Shown in pieces: positions 7,383 through 12,456 of a DNA stretch of 12,456 nucleotides. The position numbers and the translations under genes are program-made. The number at the start of each line of letters is the position of its first letter. Within the stretch, counting starts at the first letter, position 1. Location of the stretch: NCBI GenBank assembly GCA_042217545.1, contig JBDGSM010000070.1, positions 1-12,456 of the forward strand, given 5' to 3'. The notes below the pieces were generated by a model. That model saw only the letters and a list, made by a program, of their open reading frames with translations. It was not told the DNA's origin and searched no databases. The DNA is from Candidatus Nanohalobium sp. Lineage in GTDB: Archaea > Nanohalarchaeota > Nanosalinia > Nanosalinales > Nanosalinaceae.

Positions 7383-7691
7383 ATGCAGAGAGCAAGAGTG
7401 AAGCTGAGAAGCACCGATCAGGGAAAGGTTGACAGTCTTGCAGATGAAATCCTGGAGATCGGCGACGAATACAACGCCAAGGTATCAGGACCTGTACCTC
7501 TCCCGACACAGGAGATGGAAGTAACCACAAGAAAAGCTCCGGACGGAGAAGGAAGCTCTACAATCGAACACTACGAGATGCACGTCCACAAGAGACTCAT
7601 CGACATCACAGAGTCAGAAAGGGCGCTGAGACAGGTCATGAGAGTTCATGTACCAGAAGGCGTAGACATCGAAATCGAACTACAGGAATAA
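7383..7691 (+). CDS. rpsJ: 30S ribosomal protein uS10
   Basis: ARVKLRS, VSGPVPLPT, TTRKAPDGEGS, YEMHVHKRLIDI, RQVMRVHVPEGVDIEI; 102 aa. Confidence 0.98.
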   Translation: MQRARVKLRSTDQGKVDSLADEILEIGDEYNAKVSGPVPLPTQEMEVTTRKAPDGEGSSTIEHYEMHVHKRLIDITESERALRQVMRVHVPEGVDIEIELQE

Positions 7692-7718
7692 AGGCCTTAC
7701 GAGGAAAAAACCTGTCCT

Positions 7719-7728
7719 AATTTAAAAA
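7719..7728 (+). promoter_or_regulatory. Candidate TATA box for the hairpin plus tRNA-Ser transcript
   Basis: AATTTAAAAA is the only TATA-like element between rpsJ and the tRNA, about 100 nt upstream of the mature tRNA 5' end. Confidence 0.4.
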
Positions 7729-7761
7729 TTCTACAGGCTACTTTTTCTATACAGATTTGAC

Positions 7762-7819
7762 GTACAGTTGACAACGAGAGATGGGTCAAACGGCCCATCC
7801 AGTGCTGCCAACTGTTACA
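7762..7819 (+). ncRNA. Candidate structured RNA (two-stem hairpin) upstream of tRNA-Ser
   Basis: Outer stem ACAGTTGACA 7764-7773 pairs with TGCCAACTGT 7806-7815 (9 of 10). A 6x6 internal loop follows, then inner stem GATGGGTC 7780-7787 with GGCCCATC 7792-7799 (one G-U) and loop AAAC. ACA at 7817-7819. Confidence 0.4.
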
Positions 7820-7826
7820 ACTTTGT

Positions 7827-7916
7827 GCCGGGGTGACTGAGTCTGGCTAAAAGTGCCAGCCTGGAAAGCTGGTGGGCCATATCCGGCCCTCATGGGTTCA
7901 AATCCCATCCCCGGCG
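7827..7916 (+). tRNA. tRNA-Ser (anticodon GGA), intronless, CCA not encoded
   Basis: Acceptor stem GCCGGGG/CCCCGGC with discriminator G. Anticodon arm CCAGC-CTGGAAA-GCTGG (GGA at 7863-7865). Long variable arm GGGCC-ATATCC-GGCCC. T-arm ATGGG-TTCAAAT-CCCAT. Conserved position after S10 in archaeal str clusters. Confidence 0.97.
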
Positions 7917-7925
7917 AACCTACAT

Positions 7926-8273
7926 TTACCTATCTACTGACTGAGAGATCAGAAGTTCTCTCCTGACCAGGTATGTTTCGCGGTAGATCGATGCTATGTA
8001 TGTTAGGCCCGAGTAGAGGGCCAGGAGGATTGTAATCCCTACGTAAGATGATATTCTGGCGATTATATCCATTCTGAGGGCGAATGTTGCTGCGAAGGAC
8101 GTTATTATGCCCGCGTAGAGAAGTATCTTTACTATAAGTTGAGCTGTTTTAGCCGTCCTGTATTTCTTGACTGCCTGTCTGTATTCCCCCCGGTCATGAG
8201 TTTTGAACTGCTCTATTTCCTCGCTGAGGATCTTATCTGCTCTTCCGAGAGGTGTGAATTTGGAAAGGCTCAT
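7926..8273 (-). CDS. Small hypothetical membrane protein (2 predicted TM helices)
   Basis: 115-aa ORF filling the gap between the tRNA and htrA. Hydrophobic segments LIVKILLYAGIITSFAATFAL and ISSYVGITILLALYSGLTYIASIY. TATA-like GTTAAAA on the minus strand at 8299-8305. Confidence 0.75.
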   Translation of the reverse strand: MSLSKFTPLGRADKILSEEIEQFKTHDRGEYRQAVKKYRTAKTAQLIVKILLYAGIITSFAATFALRMDIIARISSYVGITILLALYSGLTYIASIYRETYLVRRELLISQSVDR

Positions 8274-8327
8274 ATGTTGGATATTGTACCATTAGAGGTT
8301 TTAACTTTGCGTAGGACAGGTTCCAGA

Positions 8328-8335
8328 TATTTAAG
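8328..8335 (+). promoter_or_regulatory. TATA box of htrA, probably giving a leaderless transcript
   Basis: TATTTAAG ends about 22 nt before ATG 8358. Confidence 0.55.
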
Positions 8336-8357
8336 ATTCTACGATCATTACAGTAGT

Positions 8358-9488
8358 ATGAATCTAGGCAGGAAGATCGACCTTTTCGGCGTTATCGCCG
8401 TCCTGCTTTTCGGGGCGGTTCTTGGAGGAGCTTTAACGTTCCAGAACATGAATTCCCGGCTTAACAGCCTGGAAAGCCAGGTATCGAACCCCGGCGGGAA
8501 TGTCACCACCAGGCTCGTATACGTGAATACTACAAACAGCGGCTTACCTGAACTCTACGATATGCTGGACCAATCCGTCGTCTCTGTAACTTCCTACGGT
8601 GCCCAGTCCGCCCAGGGATCAGGTTTCATCTACAGCAAGAAAGGATACATAGTTACTAACAACCATGTCGTCGACGGTGCGAACCACGTAGAGGTCACCT
8701 TCACCGATGGCACAACAGTTAACGCGGACATCGTCGGTACAGATCCATACACAGATCTTGCAGTACTCAAGGTCAGCAAGAAAGGCCTCGATCCGGTAGA
8801 TCTTGGGAACTCCACCAAAGTCGAGGTAGGGCAGGAAGCGATAGCGATCGGCAATCCTTTCGGCCTGAAAAGCTCAATGACCAGCGGGATAATTTCCGCG
8901 AAAGGAAGAACCATCCGGGCACAACAGGGCTTCTCGATGCCGAACATCCTCCAAACCGATGCACCCATCAACCCTGGAAACTCCGGAGGCCCTCTCCTCA
9001 ACAAGTACGGAAAAGTAGTCGGCGTCAACACGGCGATCGACACGCAGACAGGAACGTTTTCCGGCGTGGGATTCGCTATTCCTGCCAACACCGTAAGACG
9101 TGTAGTACCGGAAATTATCTCCCATGGAGACTACAATCATCCCTACATAGGTGTCAGAGGCCTCAACGTAGGACCTGACATCGCGGAAAAGATGAATCTG
9201 AATAAGGCCTCAGGATTCCTCATCACTGAAGTACCTAACGGCACAGCAGCCGACGAGGCAGGTCTCAGAGGAGGACAGTACGAGGACACCATCCAGGGAA
9301 GAAAGATCGGCCTTGGAGGAGACGTAATAGTAGGTATCAACGGCACCAAAGTAAGAAGCCTCCAGGACGTGCTGACTTACCTGGCTAGAGAGGCAGAAGT
9401 AGGCGATACGATAACTATCACAGTCATCCGGGATGGCAAACGTAAAACATTCAACTTGAAGCTCCGTTCAAGGCCTGAAGCCAATTAG
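8358..9488 (+). CDS. htrA: Membrane-anchored HtrA/DegP-family serine protease with one PDZ domain (376 aa)
   Basis: Start reassigned from 8139 to ATG 8358 (MNLGRKIDLFGVIAVLLFGAVLGGAL, TM anchor), which removes the overlap with the divergent gene. Catalytic triad in TNNHVV, DLAVL and QTDAPINPGNSGGPL; PDZ signatures YIGV, AADEAGL and GGDVIVGING. Confidence 0.95.
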   Translation: MNLGRKIDLFGVIAVLLFGAVLGGALTFQNMNSRLNSLESQVSNPGGNVTTRLVYVNTTNSGLPELYDMLDQSVVSVTSYGAQSAQGSGFIYSKKGYIVTNNHVVDGANHVEVTFTDGTTVNADIVGTDPYTDLAVLKVSKKGLDPVDLGNSTKVEVGQEAIAIGNPFGLKSSMTSGIISAKGRTIRAQQGFSMPNILQTDAPINPGNSGGPLLNKYGKVVGVNTAIDTQTGTFSGVGFAIPANTVRRVVPEIISHGDYNHPYIGVRGLNVGPDIAEKMNLNKASGFLITEVPNGTAADEAGLRGGQYEDTIQGRKIGLGGDVIVGINGTKVRSLQDVLTYLAREAEVGDTITITVIRDGKRKTFNLKLRSRPEAN

Positions 9489-10471
9489 GGCCTGTATCTG
9501 AGGAAGGCCGCAAGGCCTCCAAAGTTTTCTATTCTTTCACCTGCTTCGTGGTCTGTATGGAGGATTATTACTTCTCCGCCCTGTCTCTCGACCATTTTAG
9601 GGACTTCAGGCATCTCTCTTCTCTTCTCCGCCGTTATCAACAGTTTTTCGACCGCTCCAATTTCCGCCTGTTCCTCAACTTTTTCCCCGTAATCTACAAG
9701 TCCGTCTTCCCTGAGTGCGTCAAGGAACTTTTCGACTTCCTGTGTCTCCTCGGATATACGTGAGCTCTCCTCTACTTTCTTCAGTGCTCCACGTTTGATA
9801 GCTTCGTGAAGGCCTGTCTTTCCAGTCACTGAAGTGTCCTGGAGGAAGATTTTTTCCTTTAAATCTTCTGAGAGCTCATTGTAGACCTTATTTTTCTCGT
9901 GGCCCGGCCCGGCAAGGATTACCTTGTCCATGTCTTTTGCTGAGCGTTTGAGGACCTTGTTTACCTGATTGTAGAAGTCCTTACCTGATTTCTGGTCTGG
10001 ATACATCTTCCCGGGGATGTTCTCAGCGACATCGGATAGGTCTTTGATACCTGACTCCTCCACGACGTAGAGGTTGGCTTCTCCTTTCTCTACTAGGCAG
10101 AAAAGAACTTTGTAGGCCTCGTTTTGCTCTGCTTCCATGAGACGTTCCCATTCCTCCTCTGTAAACTTTTTCCAGAGCTCGAACTCTTTCTCTGGTTCGA
10201 GGTTGAATGTGTGGTAGCCAAGTTCCACATCGTCGACTGCTTCCGTGATCTCTCCGGTGACCCTGAGCCGGTCCTGCTGATACTCAGTTTTTTCGACGCG
10301 GATCGTGAGGGTGCATGTCTTCTTCTCCCGGCCGTCGAGCTTGGTTCTCTGCGTCAGGGCCCGTGCATGGTCGCCTTCAGCGATCAGGTCTTTCATATAC
10401 CAGAGATCATCCCTGTTTTCCAGGGCTATCTTGGCATATCCGTCTTCCTTACTGCTTTTGATTATCTCCAT
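9485..10471 (-). CDS. pelA: Pelota (Dom34) ribosome-rescue factor, eRF1-like (328 aa)
   Basis: Start reassigned to ATG 10471 (MEIIKSS). Pelota motifs DDLWY, RLRVTG, LGYHTFNL, IPGK, ILAGPG, GLHEAIKR and GERIENFGGLAAFLRY; no GGQ or NIKS, so not aRF1. Overlaps the htrA 3' end by 4 nt (convergent). Confidence 0.93.
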   Translation of the reverse strand: MEIIKSSKEDGYAKIALENRDDLWYMKDLIAEGDHARALTQRTKLDGREKKTCTLTIRVEKTEYQQDRLRVTGEITEAVDDVELGYHTFNLEPEKEFELWKKFTEEEWERLMEAEQNEAYKVLFCLVEKGEANLYVVEESGIKDLSDVAENIPGKMYPDQKSGKDFYNQVNKVLKRSAKDMDKVILAGPGHEKNKVYNELSEDLKEKIFLQDTSVTGKTGLHEAIKRGALKKVEESSRISEETQEVEKFLDALREDGLVDYGEKVEEQAEIGAVEKLLITAEKRREMPEVPKMVERQGGEVIILHTDHEAGERIENFGGLAAFLRYRP

Positions 10472-10490
10472 ACAAAGGAAAAGGCCTCTT

Positions 10491-10501
10491 ACAAATAAAA
10501 A
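10491..10501. promoter_or_regulatory. AT-rich element centred in the 52-bp divergent gap; possible shared bidirectional TATA
   Basis: ACAAATAAAAA lies about 20-30 nt from both ATG 10471 (-) and ATG 10524 (+). Confidence 0.4.
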
Positions 10502-10523
10502 CCCCCAAACGAAAAACTGAACC

Positions 10524-11666
10524 ATGGAGCAAGGTTTCGCCGTAGTTCTAGTCGCAGGCCTCGCAGTTTTCGGCCTGATGTTCCTGGCAGGCCAGTCCAA
10601 CTTCACGCCTCAGCAGCCTGTACAGGGGAATAGAGTAGTTCTGGCCGAGAAAAATGTCGGCACTGTCGGCGGAGCCAGAACCGATATAAGAAATATCTCA
10701 TTCAGAAGCTTTACTGTCGGCGAAACAAGAGGTGATATCCAGGCCTACACCGAGGACCAGGAACAGATCTCAAGCAGCCTCTTCTCCGGCGACTCCATAG
10801 ATGTGAAGTATAACGCAACTCAGCCCGAAGGCGGCCAGGTAAGCTTTGAAGTCCTGGGACGGACAGGCAAAGGAAAGATCTGGGTGAACGTCAACGGTAA
10901 AGATGTCTTCAAGGCCGCCACGGTAACAGGAGCGACACCGAAGATCAACTTTTCAGGTAAAAACCTTCATCCGGGAATGAATGACATCAGGATAGGTACG
11001 ACCAGCGGAGGATGGTTCAGCTCGGCCAGTTACACACTGGAAGAAGTGGAGGTAACTGTCAACGATCGGAAGTTCCATGACTACCAGACCTCCTTCAAAC
11101 TATACAACCATGAACTCAATAATTACGCAGGAAGCAACCTGACATTTACAATACCCATGGATGCCTCAAGGCCTGACGCACCGTTAAAGATCGATGTAAA
11201 CGGACATCAGGTATTCTCCGACAAGCTTGTAAGATCGACTCAGGAGATCAAGGTAGGCAAGAGGGAGGCAGACCTGACACCAGGTTACAATACTATAGAC
11301 TTTGACACCAACGGCGATTCAATGTACCACGTTCAGGACCCTGAAATCGTGATGCAGTACCTCGGTACTACGAGGCCTGGTACTCTAAGGCTCGACTTCA
11401 AGGCCACGCCCGGACAGCTTGCATACGCCAAGGATGGAGCTACGAAGGAGATAATCAGCTTCGATTATCAGAACAATCTTCCTTCAGATCATCCCCTTGA
11501 CATATCCTTGAACGGGAATAAATACCGCGTATCTCCTTTGAACGGAAAGAATACTGTTGATATAAAGGCCTCAGATCTTAAAGAGGACAACACGTTGACA
11601 ATAAACAGCGATGGATCATTTAACATGCAAAACCTCCAAGTAGTTTCTGAGAAGGTGAAAGAATAG
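10524..11666 (+). CDS. Hypothetical N-terminally anchored extracellular beta-rich protein with three internal repeats
   Basis: N-terminal hydrophobic helix GFAVVLVAGLAVFGLMFLAG. Repeats: KIWVNVNG..VF...NLHPGMNDIRI, PLKIDVNG..VF...DLTPGYNTIDF and PLDISLNG......DLKEDNTLTI. Several N-glycosylation sequons. Confidence 0.8.
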   Translation: MEQGFAVVLVAGLAVFGLMFLAGQSNFTPQQPVQGNRVVLAEKNVGTVGGARTDIRNISFRSFTVGETRGDIQAYTEDQEQISSSLFSGDSIDVKYNATQPEGGQVSFEVLGRTGKGKIWVNVNGKDVFKAATVTGATPKINFSGKNLHPGMNDIRIGTTSGGWFSSASYTLEEVEVTVNDRKFHDYQTSFKLYNHELNNYAGSNLTFTIPMDASRPDAPLKIDVNGHQVFSDKLVRSTQEIKVGKREADLTPGYNTIDFDTNGDSMYHVQDPEIVMQYLGTTRPGTLRLDFKATPGQLAYAKDGATKEIISFDYQNNLPSDHPLDISLNGNKYRVSPLNGKNTVDIKASDLKEDNTLTINSDGSFNMQNLQVVSEKVKE

Positions 11667-12455
11667 ATGAGCGACGACGACGGCGGAGGAATGGTCGGCA
11701 AACTCCTAAAATGGGGTATACTACTATTCCTGTTCGGCATCTTCCCTCCGCTGTTCTTCGTATGGATTGGATGGAAGTACGTCAAGATGTGCGTACTGTT
11801 CTACTTCAAGATGCTTTACCTCATCATAAGATTCCCAATATGGCTATTCATCCAGCTACCACTGTACTACATAGGCGTAGGAGTGCACACCATCTCCAAC
11901 GCATTCAGCAAGGCCTACGGCGTAATGGTCGCAAAGAAGAAAAGATACGGCCTCTTATTTGGAATACTGCTACTGTTCACCATAAGAACATTCCTTCCGC
12001 ACAACACGGACGCGATGGTGTCCTTCCTTACAAGTGCAACACTAATACTACCGCTGGTATTCTTCATACCGTTCTTTTTCACATTCCTGGTTGCAGCCAT
12101 ATCCGCACACTTCAGGATGCCAGATATTGCAAGAAAAGAGATGCCGGGCGGCATGAACACAGGAATGAAGAGGAGAACAGGACAGGCAGCGAGAGCAGCC
12201 GCATCAGCAGGAGCAATGGGCGTAAAGGCCTACAAGAACAAAGAAGAAATAAAAGCAGCTAAAGGAACTGCAGAAGACCTGGCAAGTGGCGCAATGGATA
12301 CCGCTGAAGCAGCAGCTGGAGAGGGCGCACTCGCAGGAGACATGGTATCCGTCCTGGAGGGAATGCCTATGCTCGGAACAATGGTGGAAGGCGGAGGCGT
12401 CGCAGCAGGTTCAGCAGCAACAATTGCCGGGATGACTGGTGGAACAGCAATACTC
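11667..12455 (+). CDS. Hypothetical polytopic membrane protein with an Ala/Gly-rich region, 3'-truncated (absent from the ORF track)
   Basis: ATG 11667 directly follows TAG 11666. Manual translation stays open to the window end: MSDDDGGGMVGKLLKWGILLFLFGIFPPLFFVWIGWKYVKMCVLFYFKMLYLIIRFPIWLFIQLPLYYIGVG...KKKRYGLLFGILLLFTIRTF...LILPLVFFIPFFFTFLVAAISAHF...GQAARAAASAGAMG...GGGVAAGSAATIAGMTGGTAIL. Confidence 0.85.
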   Translation, partial: MSDDDGGGMVGKLLKWGILLFLFGIFPPLFFVWIGWKYVKMCVLFYFKMLYLIIRFPIWLFIQLPLYYIGVGVHTISNAFSKAYGVMVAKKKRYGLLFGILLLFTIRTFLPHNTDAMVSFLTSATLILPLVFFIPFFFTFLVAAISAHFRMPDIARKEMPGGMNTGMKRRTGQAARAAASAGAMGVKAYKNKEEIKAAKGTAEDLASGAMDTAEAAAGEGALAGDMVSVLEGMPMLGTMVEGGGVAAGSAATIAGMTGGTAIL

Positions 12456-12456
12456 G

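Larger units (their letters stand above)
178..12231. repeat. Dispersed, highly iterated palindrome AGGCCT (40 copies by manual count)
   Basis: Starts at 178, 778, 1054, 1219, 1668, 1735, 3515, 3684, 3773, 3819, 4148, 4198, 4491, 4670, 5039, 5231, 5401, 5694, 5873, 6230, 6264, 6638, 6782, 7337, 7692, 8783, 9158, 9205, 9471, 9513, 9810, 10114, 10482, 10556, 10741, 11169, 11373, 11566, 11911 and 12226. Confidence 0.85.

Noticed and set aside
7827..7925. tRNA-Ser as the attachment site of an integrated element
   Set aside because: No downstream duplicate of the tRNA 3' end and no integrase; the following genes look like core functions.
8139..8357. N-terminal extension of HtrA from the ORF track
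   Set aside because: Overlaps the divergent gene, has no protein-like features and starts at TTG; ATG 8358 has a TATA at leaderless distance and begins the TM anchor.
10472..10606. N-terminal extension of pelota from the ORF track
   Set aside because: Overlaps the divergent 10524 gene; pelota homology begins at MEIIKS (10471).
178..12231. AGGCCT copies as a CRISPR or tandem repeat array, or as a cloning artefact
   Set aside because: Only 6 bp, irregularly spaced and embedded in intact reading frames of conserved genes with no junctions.
11711..12262. 183-aa + strand ORF in the ORF track
   Set aside because: Out-of-frame shadow of the longer ORF starting at 11667, which is coupled to the upstream stop and reads as a coherent membrane protein.

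Overview
Archaeal chromosomal window, most consistent with a halophilic DPANN archaeon such as Nanohaloarchaeota (inferred from very acidic EF-2/EF-1alpha, archaeal TATA promoters and compact intergenic spacing). It holds the 3' part of the conserved str cluster: EF-2 (5'-truncated), EF-1alpha, uS10 and tRNA-Ser(GGA). A two-gene surface cassette separates EF-1alpha from uS10: a secreted 1191-aa protein with three PA14 lectin-like domains and a C-terminal FN3-like domain, translationally coupled to a class III signal peptide (type IV pilin-like) protein. Downstream are a small membrane protein, an HtrA protease, pelota, a membrane-anchored beta-repeat protein and a 3'-truncated polytopic membrane protein missing from the ORF track. 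Three signals stand out. (1) The adhesin's FN3 domain seems to lack its first beta-strand while the pilin ends in such a strand, suggesting donor-strand attachment of a lectin to a pilus. (2) The palindrome AGGCCT occurs 40 times by manual count against about 3 expected, in all codon phases and in intergenic DNA (HIP1-like). (3) A structured hairpin resembling the tRNA's own T-arm lies just upstream of tRNA-Ser.
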